Below, in pieces: positions 35,340-47,548 of a stretch of 64,000 nt of DNA; position 1 is the stretch's first letter; every line of letters begins with the position of its first letter. Below the pieces are notes generated by a model, which saw nothing but the letters and a program-made list of their open reading frames with translations, made no database searches and was not told the DNA's origin. Position numbers and translations under genes: made by a program. This DNA comes from Octopus sinensis. Lineage: Eukaryota. Where the stretch lies: contig NC_043002.1 in NCBI RefSeq assembly GCF_006345805.1, forward strand, positions 107,074,001 to 107,138,000, read 5' to 3'.

Positions 35340-35737
35340 CATTATTATTTATTGTCTTTGCACATCTTCTAATGCTGGAGATGTACTACAGTGCCAGCTG
35401 TTCACTACCAGTGAACTAAGGTAACACCCCTTATTTTTCGAGCACCATCCAGAGTATTTGAGCGGCCAATGGTAACTCAATCTTGCAAAGCGTCCTGATA
35501 TCAAAAGTGGCGAGCTGGTAGAAACTTTAGAGCACTGGACGAAATGCGTAGCCGTATTTCGTCCGCTGCTAAGTATTGAGTTCAAATTCTGCCGAGGTTG
35601 ACTTTGCCTTTCATCCTTTCGGGGGTCGATAAATAAAGTACCAGTTATGCACTGGGGTCGATGTAATTGACTTAATCCGTTTGTCTGTCCCTGTTTGTCC
35701 CCTCTATGTTTAGCCCCTTGTGGGTAATAAAGAAACA

Positions 35738-36045
35738 GATATCAAAGGATCTCAGGCAACTGCTAGGGCCCTTGGAGAGTGTCCAAGTCTAACAGCTATA
35801 CAGCAGGGCAGGGAGAACCAGAGACGTGAAGATCTGAACCTTTGTCCTCTTGCTCAGATATCGGCAGTGCCAAACATCCTTGTCCAATGAGTCCACCACT
35901 GCACCAGGATGTTCAAATTCCTTTTAGGACTTCGGACTTGAAGCTGATGTTGCTATGGATCCCACTGCCGAGATAGGTGAAGCGGTCAACGAGTTCGACA
36001 TTCTCACCTGCAACAGATACAGACGTACTTTGAGCAGTTGTATAA
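35738..36045 (-). mobile_element. RTE-clade ORF2 fragment (post-RT region)
   Basis: GENVELVDRFTYLGSGI...SLDKDVWHCRYLSKRTKVQIFTSLVLPALLYSC*TWTL, with stop and frameshift. Confidence 0.88.
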
Positions 36046-36257
36046 AGTAGACCCGCTTAATAATGTTCTGATTACCACGATGCTTTCAACACTGGCGGCC
36101 GACCCCCTCCTCCCAGTAAATATAGGTAGCGAATTAACAGAAGTGATAGTGCACCAGACAAAATTCTTGCAGTTGTTTCTCTTCGAGTTCTGAGTTCCCA
36201 GGTCCGAGTGGCAGCGCTGCCTAAGTTATTGAATAAAAAAAACAAAACAAACATATT

Positions 36258-36668
36258 GGCGCAGGAGTGGCTGTGTGGTAAGTAGCTTGTTTACCAACCA
36301 CATGGTTCCGGGTTCAGTCCCACTGCGTGGCACCTTGGGCAAGTGTCTTCTACTATAGCCTCGGGTCGACCAAAGCCTTGTGAGTGGATTTGGTAGACGG
36401 AAACTGAAAGAAGCCCATCGTATATATGTATATGTATATATATATGCGTGTGTGTGTTTGTGTGTCTGTGTTTGTCCCCCTAGCATTGCTTGACAACCGA
36501 TGCTGGTGTGTTTATGTCCCCGTCACTTAGCTGTTCGGCAAAAGAGACTGATAGAATAAGTACTGGGCTTACAAAAGAATAAGTCCCGGGGTCGAGTTGC
36601 TCGATTAAAGGCGGTGCTCCAGCATGGCCGCAGTCAAATGACTGAAACAAGTAAAAGAGTAAAAGAGT
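36258..36668 (+). mobile_element. SINE family A, full length
   Basis: A box TGGCTGTGTGG, B box GGTTCAGTCCC, internal TA/TG tract, GTAAAAGA tail. Confidence 0.92.
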
Positions 36669-37360
36669 AATATTTAATCCACGGTCGGCTTTCCCCCACC
36701 ATCCCATCACATATACACACATTAACCAAAATACCTGACGTTACTCGGAGTAAAGAAACAGGGATTTAGGGCTGTTGTGAATCAACAGTCGCACAGAGAC
36801 GACATTGTTATCTGCAGACACTGTTTAAGAAAAAAAAAAAAACAAAAAAAAGCCTACAAGCAATCCCAATGAATTTGGACTTGATCATAGACTGTAGATT
36901 TATATATTTCCCTGAAATTTCTTTGAGTTTCTCTGTTTTAAGCAAAGTAAATTGCCGTTCAGTTCTATATTTGAGAGATGAATTAATGTACATTATTTAC
37001 ATTATTTACATTTGATGGATATTTGTCCTCATCTTGTTTGTTGCTAACATAACGTTTCGGCTGATGACATATGTATAGTAGAAGACAGTTGCCCAAGGTG
37101 CCACGAAGCGGGACTGAACCTGGAACCATGTGGGTGCGAAGCAAGCTACTTGCATACCTATACATCATCATTGATATCTTAATGTCCACTTTCCCAAGCT
37201 TGCATGGATCAGATGAAAGTTGTTGAGGCTGATTTTTGTCTGGTCGGATGCCCTTTCTGCTTCCAACCTTTCCCTTGTTTCCAAGCAACATAATATTCTT
37301 GTATGGCCAGACACGATTCCACAGCTTCACAACCTTCTTCAGCCTTTGAAATTTCCCCAA

Positions 37361-37406
37361 GGCACCTGATGAAGGCTGGAGAGTATATCAGCTGAAACGT
37401 TGTGTT
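37361..37406 (+). ncRNA. Minimal type I hammerhead motif (dimer type)
   Basis: GGCAC-CTGATGA-A-GGCTG-GAGAGTATAT-CAGCT-GAAA-C-GTT-GTGTT; stem III is reduced to the AACGTT palindrome. Confidence 0.6.
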
Positions 37407-37644
37407 AACAACAAACAAGACAAAGACAAATATCCGTCAAATGTAAATAATGTAAATAATGGGAATTACAGTATTCTGCAAATAAAAAAATGTTCAGAAT
37501 TTTGAATTTTTTTCATCCCCTCCAACTTTTCAATGAGGAGTATGAACCCGACCATGACTTTTTATTTCTGACTTGTTCAGTCAGAATATTATACTCAGAA
37601 TTGTTTAAAGCAGAAGAGATTATATACACACACACACACATACA

Positions 37645-38025
37645 TCTCTCTCTATATAAACGGCAGTTTGTCTGTGCGTTTTCTGTGTGTCTGTTTTCTC
37701 GTACCCTCACTCTGATCACGGCTTTCAACCGATTCTGATGAAACTTGACACACACATAGCCCAATGTCATAATTCCAAACTAACGCAGCGAAAATTTTGA
37801 AAAGTTCCCCCAGTTCTGAAAAAAATCGATAATTCGACATGGGGTCGAGAATCAGAAACCCAAACCACAGACCGTCTAGGGGGACGCAACTCCACCTTTT
37901 TAACTCTCAAAAAATTTACCATCATTTTTTTCCATTTTTTTGCTATTTTTTGGCTATAACTCTCTAAAAAATGCTTTATAGTTATTTCCCTTACAAACCT
38001 GAGCAACGCCGGGCGATACTGCTAG
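37645..38025 (+). mobile_element. Non-autonomous Helitron, 381 bp
   Basis: A|TC...CCTGAGCAACGCCGGG...CTAG|T; copy of 17802-18182. Confidence 0.88.
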
Positions 38026-38670
38026 TATATATATAAAATGCTTAAGGTTTAAAAATTAATATTTTGGAGTAAAGTTAAATTTTACAGTTTATAGTTTACG
38101 GTGCATGGCTCAGGTGAAGGCGCATGGCTCAGTGGTTAGAGCGTCGAGCTTACGATCGTGAGGTTGTGAGCTCGAATCCCGGACCGGGCTGCGTGTTGTG
38201 TTCTTGAGCAAGGCACTTTATTTCACGTTGCTCCAGTTCACTCAGCTGTAGAAATGAATTGCGACGTCACGGGTGCCAAGCTGTATCGGCCCCTTTGCCT
38301 TTCCCTTGGATAACACTGGTGGCGTGGAGAGGGGAGGCCGGTATGCATGGGCGACTGCTGGTCTTCCATAAAAACCACCTTACCCAGACTTGTGACTAGG
38401 AGGGTAACTTTCTAGGTGCAATCCCATGGTCAGTGTCGTGACCGAAGGGGGTCCCAGATCCAGTTTACGGTGAACCCTTAGGTTGAAAAAATAAAATACC
38501 AGTCATTTTAATTGACTAATCTCCTTTCCTCAAATCTCTAGATTTGTGTCAAAAGTAGAAGCAATTTTTATGATTTAAGGAGCCAACTTTGTCGTAGCTA
38601 TTATGCGGTGGGTATTTTGAAATTTTTACCCTCAGACAAACAATTTTTATCATCTGATATTCTAACTATA

Positions 38671-38841
38671 GGCGCAGGAGTGGCTGTGTGGTAAGTAGCT
38701 TGCTAACCAACCACATGGTTCCGGGTTCAGTCCCACTGCGTGGCATCTTGGGCAAGTGTCTTCTGCTATAGCCTTGTGCCGACCAATGCCTTGTGAGTGG
38801 ATTTGGTAGATGGAAACTGAAAGAAGCCTGTCGTATATATG

Positions 38842-38874
<33 letters not shown>

Positions 38875-39083
38875 ATGTGTTTGTCCCCCTAGCATTGCTT
38901 GACAACCGATGCTGGTGTGCTTACGTGCCCGTTACTTAGCGGTTCGGCAAAAGAGACCGATAGAATGAGTACTGGGCTTACAAAAGAATAAGTCCCGGGG
39001 TCTATTTGCTCGACTAAAGGCGGTGCTCCAGCATGGCCGCAGTCAAATGTCTGAAACAAATAAAAGAGTAAAGAGTAAGAGTA
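38671..39083 (+). mobile_element. SINE family A, full length
   Basis: Same structure as the 36258 copy. Confidence 0.92.
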
Positions 39084-40063
39084 ACTATACTTGAAATTTC
39101 AAGGGAGATAACCTTCCTTTACGTTATCTTAAGTCATCTCTTAAGTTATCTCCCCTTACAAGCAGTATTCGCTGCTCCTTCAGAGAATTTTGAATTACTG
39201 CGAAATTCAAGATTTACCATCGTTCTTATTGTTTTATTGTTGGTCAACCCTAATCAAATGTGTTTCACTGTTCACCAGCTTCACTCCCTCCAAAACATGC
39301 CGCACTCGTACTTTATTGAATGGCTCCATTTTCTCAATTGTTTATTCTCTCTTAAAGGTTTCGGTATGATTAGAAGGAGAAATTTGGTTGCCATTTCTGG
39401 CAGATCGAGTGAAAATTCTGTTGTTTAATCTTAGATCAGTCTGGAAGGCATTTGGACAATGACCATCTCAGATTTTTATGTTCGCGACATCCAGTTCCTC
39501 GCTATCCAATACGTCGTCCCTTTTACACACACATGTATGTATGTATGCATGTATGTATGTATGTATGTATGTATGTATGTATGTATGTATGTATGTATGT
39601 ATGTATGAATGAATGAATGAATGAATGAATGAATGAATGAATGAATGATAGCATGGTGTTTTCGTTTGATTAAATATCTTCCTGTGTTTCTTTCAGATGG
39701 CGAATCGGGAATTGCATTATGTAACTAGTCCTTGTTTTTTAAAAATATAATATGGTGTAATATGAGAAAGATTTGGCTGCCATATCTAGCAAGCCTAGAG
39801 AGAACGTTTGGGGCTCATTTGACTTCTTAAAAATTCATTGTGTGTGTGTGTGTGTGTATACATTCATCTTATATATGTTAGTTGGTTAATTTTTTGGCTC
39901 AAAAAGCAAAAAGCAAGGCCATGTAGGGGGACATGGAGTTATGTACAGGGTGTAGACTAGCACTGCCCAAAAAGCTTAAATTCAGAATCCAGCCAAGGTT
40001 GAATACCCCCCCCCATATAATTCAGGCTCATAACACATAAATACATTAAAACCCAATTACTTG

Positions 40064-40390
40064 TCCTCAACAGACCCTGCTTTCTTTAATATTGACCTAA
40101 AACAAACCAAGAGACGAAAAAGATCCCTGCCCTCAACAGACCCTGCTTTCTTTAATATTGACCTAAAACAAACCAAGAGACGAAAAAGATCCCTGCCTTC
40201 AACAGACCCTGCTTTCTTTAATATTGACCTAAAACAAACCAAAAGACGAAAAAGATCCCATTTTCTTCAAACGATATCTGGACGGATTTTTCGGAAGATA
40301 CCAGACAAGCCCCACCCCCCGTACCTGGATACATGTATAAGGGGCTAATCAGCAACAACTCCCACCTTGAATGGATTATGATACCACAAA
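40064..40390 (+). mobile_element. CR1-like LINE C-terminal fragment with triplicated 66-bp segment
   Basis: Frame-corrected PAFFNI..KQTK..KDPIFFKRYLDGFFRKIPDKP...SNNS; the 66-bp unit occurs three times. Confidence 0.65.
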
Positions 40391-40569
40391 ACTATCGGAC
40401 GATGCTATTAAGTTAGACACGGCCTGATACGATTTTGGACGAAACATGGCTCTACTGTTGGAATCGAGCTGAGCATTTCCGTCCCCCATAATGTGAATTG
40501 ATGTGAAATCGAGGTGTGTTATTGACCACATCCTGTAGTTGTTCATAAAACTCGTCCTTTTCTGTTTAT

Positions 40570-40915
40570 TCTAAGAATTCCTTATCGAGTCAGAGTGACA
40601 AATGAAGCCATTCTGCAAGCAGCAAGAGGAAGGCCTCTGCATGCAATTGTAACCGAACGACGAATGGAGAATGACTGGACATATACTAAGGCTGCCAGGG
40701 AAGAGGCTTGCCAAAACAGCCATGGGCTGGAAGGTAAGAGAAGAAGAGGTCAGCCAAGGAAGACATGGTCATGGTGTAATACTTTCAAAGAAGACTTATG
40801 CGGACTGAACATCACCTGGGAAGAAGCATACAGGGGTGGCCAGAGACGGAGATAATTGGAGATCACTGACTGCTCGATCTGCTACTCAAAGGCACCAACA
40901 GGCCTAAAGAAGCAG
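40570..40915 (+). mobile_element. RTE-clade LINE 3' fragment
   Basis: RVTNEAIL...GHILRLP...AKTAMGW..GKRRRGQPRKTW...FKEDL...WEEA...ARD...WRSL, with frameshifts. Confidence 0.85.
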
Positions 40916-41116
40916 AATCATAATCTGTAATTTCAAAACAGATCACTTGAATAATTATTTTTAAATTTCTTCCATTCCTATAATTCTTTTCTGTATCCTC
41001 CGATTCTCTTTTAGTCTTTGATTCTATTAAAATATCAAATCACTTCACTATACCCTTAAACTGGACAATACCGCAAATATTACGAAAACAGTCTTTTAAC
41101 AATAATACATGAAAAG

Positions 41117-41355
41117 AGGTTGAAGCGAAGAGACAGGACACCCGTGGGTCAAAGGTTGGAGCGAAGAGACAGGACACCCATGGGTCAGAGGTTGAAGCGA
41201 AGCGACAGGACACCCGTAGGTCAAAGGTTGAAGCGAAGAGACAGGACACCCGTGGGCCAGAGGTTGAAGAGAAGCGACAGTACACTCGTGGGTCAAAGGT
41301 TGGAGCGAAGAGACAGGACACCCGTGGGTCAGAGGTTGGAGCGAAGAGACAGGAC
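41117..41355. repeat. 36-bp GC-rich minisatellite, about 6.6 copies
   Basis: AGGTTG(A/G)AGCGAAGAGACAGGACACCCGTGGGTCA(A/G) unit; starts at 41117 and 41153. Confidence 0.95.
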
Positions 41356-41651
41356 GTATGTGAGTCACTCCACATCAATCACAAAATTAAGAAAATTAAA
41401 GCCAGTTTTGTTATCTTGAAATAACTTGGATGTTTCTTTTTCTCTTTTCTGTTTTATTTTCGTTTATTCTTATAAATGGTAAATGTCTCCTGGTCGTGTT
41501 TCTAAATCGCTCAGACTTTTCCTTCGGAATGTAACGAGGTGTTGTAGAATGCAGCCAATTACCAAACAGAAGCTACTCCACATGTATACGATAGCATTTT
41601 ATTCTCGCTTAAACACATGAATTTAATAGTTGTAAAATTGCTACATGAGTA

Positions 41652-41813
41652 GGCGCAGGAGTGGCTGTGTGGTAAGTAGCTTGCTAACCAACCACATGGT
41701 TCCGGGTTCAGTACCACTGCGTGGCACCTTGAGCAAGTGTCTTCTGCTATAGCCCCGGGCCGACCAATGCCTTGTGAGTGGATTTGATAGACGGAAACTG
41801 AAAGAAGCCCGTC

Positions 41814-41867
<54 letters not shown>

Positions 41868-42084
41868 ATGTGTTTGTGTGTGTATGTGTTGTCCCCCTAG
41901 CATTGCTTGACAACCAATGCTGGTGTGTTTACGTCCCCGTCACTTAGCGGTTCGGCAAAAGAGACCGATAGAATAAGTACTGGGCTTACAAAGAATAAGT
42001 CCCGGGGTCGATTTGCTCGACTAAAGGCGGTGCTCCAGCATGGCCGCAGTCAAATGACTGAAACAAGTAAAAGAGTAAAAGAGA
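41652..42084 (+). mobile_element. SINE family A, full length
   Basis: Same structure as the 36258 copy, with a longer internal TA tract. Confidence 0.92.
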
Positions 42085-42118
42085 GAGTATGAGTCTTCTT
42101 AATACATTAATTCTGGAA

Positions 42119-42640
42119 GGCGGCAAGTTGGCAGAAACGTTAACTCGCCGGGCGAAATGCGTAGCCGTATTTCGTCTGCCGTTACGTCCTGAGTTCAAAT
42201 TCCGCCGAGGTCGACTTTGCCTTTCATTCTTTCGGGGGTCGATAAATTAAGTACCAGTCACGCACTGGGGTCGATATAATCGGCTTAATCCGTCTGTCTG
42301 TCCTTGTTTGTCCCCTCTGTGTTTAGCCCCTTGTGGGTAGTAAAGAAATAAGTATTTCGTCTGTCTTTACGTTCTGAGTTCAAATTCCGCCGAGGTCGAC
42401 TTTGCCTTTCATTCTTTCGTGGTCGATAAATTAAGTACCAGTCACGCACTGGGGTCGATATAATCGCTTAATCCGTTTGTCTGTCCTTGTTTGTCCTCTC
42501 TGTATTTAGCCCCTTGTGGGTAGTAAAGAAATAGGTATTTCGTCTGTCTTTACGTTCTGAGTTCAAATTCCGCCGAGGTCGACTTTGCCTTTCATCCTTT
42601 AGGGGTCGATAAATTAAGTACCAGTTACGCACTGGGGTCG
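42119..42640 (+). mobile_element. SINE family B multimer (head plus about 2.6 units of 183-185 bp)
   Basis: GTATTTCGTCTG at 42167, 42352 and 42535. Confidence 0.88.
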
Positions 42641-43572
42641 CTCGGTTGTGGATGTTATGTGGTTCGATCCTATATCAAGTGTTGTTGCGTACGTCAATAA
42701 AAAATAAAGGAAAACAAAAAGTGCGAATCAAGACGATAAAATGCTGAGTTTTCTTTTGAAATGCAATATAGAAAAATCGAAACGAAAGAAAGCTAATTTC
42801 AAACTTTGTTATATACAAAACCACATATATAAAGGAGCGGTTGAGTGTAAAGAATTGACTCTACTATGGCTTTGTTATTTACTGAATTCCCTTTACAAAG
42901 ATGAAAAATAAATCGACCCCGTGAGATTCGAACTAAACAAACGAAACACCGAATAACATTTTGTTCGGCAGCAGTTATCCTAATTGTTTAGATAAATAAT
43001 AAATAAGTCACAATCAATTTCTCTTCCATCTATGCATGTTAATTATTTAATTATTTGAAATGTATTCACTTTTATTACTATTTAATTAATAATCAAAACT
43101 ATTCACGAGACAAAGTGTGGATGTGGTCGTGGTTTGTTAATTTAAAAATTGCCCTCGTTCTTACCTTTGATACATGGACCGAAGGGAGTTTCCCAGGCCT
43201 TAAAAAAATATCTTCAGTTTGGATCCTACAATATAAATCGGTCTCTCGGACTAACAGTTGATACTGGTTCCTGTTTAAACATGATTGGAATCAAATGAAA
43301 AATTAAATATTTTATCGTTGTTTTGACATAAAGCTTGAGACTTTTAAAAGGGAATTTACAATTGGACAGTGTTAAAAGAAAGAGTTTGGAAAAAACAAAA
43401 ACAAAAACAAAATCGAAAGTGGGTGCAGACTCCTTTTATCTCCATTCCGATGGCGATTACAAAAATATTTCGTGCATAGAATTGATAAAGATATTAGACA
43501 CCTATCCAATATAATTATATATATATATATATATATACACAACACACACCAATACCTACATACCTACATATA

Positions 43573-43637
<65 letters not shown>

Positions 43638-43719
43638 TATACATATATATATACATATACATACATACATATAAATATATATATATAGATATAATATATA
43701 TTATATATTATATATATAT

Positions 43720-44105
43720 TACTCTTACTCTTTTAAACTTGTTTCAGTCATGTGACTGAAGCACCACCTTTAGTTGAGCAAATCGACCCCAGGGCTTATT
43801 CTTTTTAAGCCTAGCATTTATTCTATTGGTCTCTTTTGCCGAACCGCTAAGTTATGTGGCCGTAAATACACCAGCGTCGGTTGTCAAGCGATTTTGGGGG
43901 ACGAACACAGATACAGAAACATATACACGCACATACATATATATGTACATATATACGACGGGCATCTTTCAGTTTCTGTCTACCAAATCCACTCACAAGG
44001 CTTTGGTCGGCCCGAAGTAGAAGACACTTGCCTAAGGTGCCACGAAGTGGGAATGAACCCGGAACCATGTGGTTGGTAAGTAAGCTACTTACTACACAGC
44101 TACTC
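43720..44105 (-). mobile_element. SINE family A
   Basis: Reverse complement of the family A consensus seen in this window. Confidence 0.85.
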
Positions 44106-44183
<78 letters not shown>

Positions 44184-45027
44184 GAGAGAGAGAGAGGGGG
44201 AGAGAGAGAGAAAGTGAGAAAAATGGTTCGTTTTCTATTCATAACTCTATGTTATATTCTTGACCAAGTGACTCAATTTTGAAACACTTCAGTTCACCTA
44301 GCTTGAGGGTCCTAGGATAAGGGAAACTCAGAACAGAACTTACTCATAGAAGCAGCATCAGCGCTTCCTTAATTTGCTGTGCCTATTTCAGTCACTCCAA
44401 CGAGCATAAATTGAAAGAAGATGGGCTCTACTAAACTGAACCCTCCTGATATACGTTTAACAGATGTATTTTAGTGATGTTGCCACTCCAACGCCGGAAC
44501 CGCTTATGAAGCACATCATCTTTTAGACAATTACGCAAGAATGGGACGATATCGATATAAGGTTGGAATCTCAACATATTTATTACTATCTTAATGGGTG
44601 AAATATTATCATTGCTAGAATATATAAGTTGTCAGATTATGCTAAGCCGAGAAAGGTACCATAGTCAAAAATTCTCAGCATCCAGACATCTACCTAAACT
44701 GCAGGAGGGAAATTCTAATCTCTTACTCAAATGAAAGAAGATATATTTTATTGTATGGGTCCCTTCTTGACTATAATCATCAATTCTCCACCTTCGGCTT
44801 TTCATCACCACTTCCTGAGAACCCAGCAAAGATGTAAATGTTTCCCCCAAATTAATTGCTCTTCATGTTTGAAGCTCTGGTGAAGCTATAGGATGATACT
44901 CAAGCACTCAACTTATCAGTGCATTGCACCTTATAGCAGAAACGGTTGTAAGCTAATGAAGTTCATAACAACTGTTTATGGCCTTCTCATCCCAATTTCT
45001 TTAAACACACACACACACACACACATA

Positions 45028-45096
<69 letters not shown>

Positions 45097-45429
45097 GTAC
45101 ATTTATGTGTGTCTTTGTGGCTATGTTTTTCCCCACCACCGTTTGAAAACCGGTGTTGGTTTTTTCACGTCCCCGTGACTAGCGGTTCGACAAAAAATAA
45201 GTACTAGGGTGGATTTTTTCGACTAAAATTCTAGAAGGCGGTGCTCCAGCTTGCCCGCAGTTCAATGACTGAAGGAAATGAAACATAAAAGATATACATG
45301 CTAGTGTATTACCATCGTTTGACGCCGGGTAAATTTGGAAGTATATTTTTGCCACCCTGGGTAATATCAGGAAATATGGAAGATATACAATAATTATTAT
45401 GTTGTGTCTGGGGAGAGTCAAACGGATTT

Positions 45430-45838
45430 AATTCCACTCATTTATTGTTTATATTTTTAATTCTCAAAAAATGTTAAAATATTAAAAAAATATTTTTTAA
45501 ATATAAAAAAAAATATCTAAAAATATTTAAAAATATTTTTATACTTTTTAAATATTTTAGATATATTTCAAAAATATTTTTATATTTTTAAAATATTCTT
45601 AAAAACATTTAAAAAATATTTTTATATTTTTAAATGTTTTAAAAAATATTAAAAATTAAAAAAAAATTATTTTAATAATATTGTAAAAATATTCTTATAT
45701 TTTAAAAATATTTAACAATATTTTTAGATTTTTAAAATATTTTAAAAATATTTAAAAATATTTTTACATTTTAAAGTATTTTAAAAAATATTAAAAAAAT
45801 ATTTTTTATTTTTAAATATTCAAAAGATATTTTTGAAA
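45430..45838. repeat. Very AT-rich low-complexity block built of AAAAATATTTTT-like palindromes
   Basis: Direct inspection; almost no G or C. Confidence 0.85.
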
Positions 45839-46567
45839 TATCGGTCTCTTTTGCCGAACGGCTAAGTTACGGGGACGTAAACACACCAGCATCAATTCTC
45901 AAGCGATGGTGTGGGGCAAACACAAACACACACAGACACACACACAGACACACACGCACACACACATATATAGGACGGGCTTTTTTCAGTTTCCGTCTAC
46001 CAAATCCACTCACAAGGCATTGGTCGGCCCGAGGTTATAATAGAAGACACTTGCCCAAGATGCCACGCAGTGGGACTGAACCCGGTACCATGTGGTTTGT
46101 AAGCAAGCTACTTACCACACAGTCACTATTTTAAAAAGTTTTTTTAAATTTTTGTTTTGGTGTTTATACAAAATTAGGAAATGTTTTCTAATTTTCAAAA
46201 CAGTAATACTTATTACTTTAAAATCAGATCAAATAAAACAGATTTCTGATTCGTATATTTGCTCCCATAGCAACTCGATCGTTTTTTTCCCTCTTCTCCT
46301 CCTTCTCTGCCCATGGTTCATTAGCTACCACTGGATGCATGAATGCGTAGCGTTCTTTTACTCATTGTTTGCTACCAAGCCTATAATGAGCACTTACGCT
46401 GCCCACTTACTTGATGTCTGTGTGTCTCTTGTATCCTCTCTCACTATCGAGTTATATCGCGTGGAGTGTGACTGGAGAGAAAAAAAAGAATCAATCAGCC
46501 AGCCAACCAGTCAGTTGTTATGATGTTGAGATAACCAATCAAAACCACAAGCAAAATGAAGCAGTGA

Positions 46568-46638
<71 letters not shown>

Positions 46639-46950
46639 GCGAAAGGGGCTGATTGCTACCTAACTCAGATACCAGGAAACCCCAAAATGGCAGAAATTCA
46701 AAAGATAGTGCTCATGGGAACTGCTCATATCCTACACAAAATACTCTCTATGTAATCCCAAGGTTTAAAACACTTTTTAAAAAAAATTTATGTATTAGAC
46801 ATTCACTACTACAACACCAAAAACCTCCCCCCCCAAATATATGGCACACTAGGCATAACAACAACGTGAACTTCCAACCTGTTGTCTCTTGAGGTCTCTG
46901 GGTGAGACTTGGAGCCAACTTGTACAGACATAAAGCAAAAGTCAAACATA

Positions 46951-46951
<1 letters not shown>
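46639..46951 (+). mobile_element. R4/Dong-like (RLE) LINE 3' end in (TAA)n
   Basis: YLTQIPGNPKMAEIQKIVLMGTAHILHKILSM* (stop 46753-46755), then a 3' UTR; flanked by (AAT)n on both sides. Confidence 0.75.
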
Positions 46952-47008
<57 letters not shown>

Positions 47009-47025
47009 TGATAATAATAATAATA

Positions 47026-47147
47026 ATTAGAAATATTAAATTTCTAATATCTCGAGAGATATGAGCGATGGTGGAACGATAGAGCAGTTGTTACTGTCAA
47101 CTAACGTGGGAGCCAACTTGTAAGACATAAAGCAAAAGTCAAACATA

Positions 47148-47204
<57 letters not shown>

Positions 47205-47350
47205 TTAGAAATATTAAATTTCTAAATATCTCAGAGAGATATGAGCAGTGGTGGAACGATAGAGCGGTTGTATACTGTCAACTTAACGTGGGAGCCAACT
47301 TGTACAGACATAAAGCAAAAGTCAAACATAGAATAATAATAATAATAATA

Positions 47351-47384
<34 letters not shown>

Positions 47385-47508
47385 TAGAAATATTAAATTT
47401 CTAAATATCTCAGAGAGATATGAGCGATGGTGGAACGATAGAGCAGTTGTATACTGTCAACTTAACGTGGGAGCCAACTTGTACAGACATTAAGCAAAAG
47501 TCAAAATA

Positions 47509-47548
<40 letters not shown>

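Noticed and set aside
40405-40455. CTGATACGA...GGACGAAACATG
   Set aside because: The core has a 2-nt insertion and stem II does not pair; not supportable.
44770-44850. Minus-strand peptide GNIYIFAGFSGSG resembling a Kelch repeat
   Set aside because: Bounded by stops, no acceptor or donor, and no companion exons.
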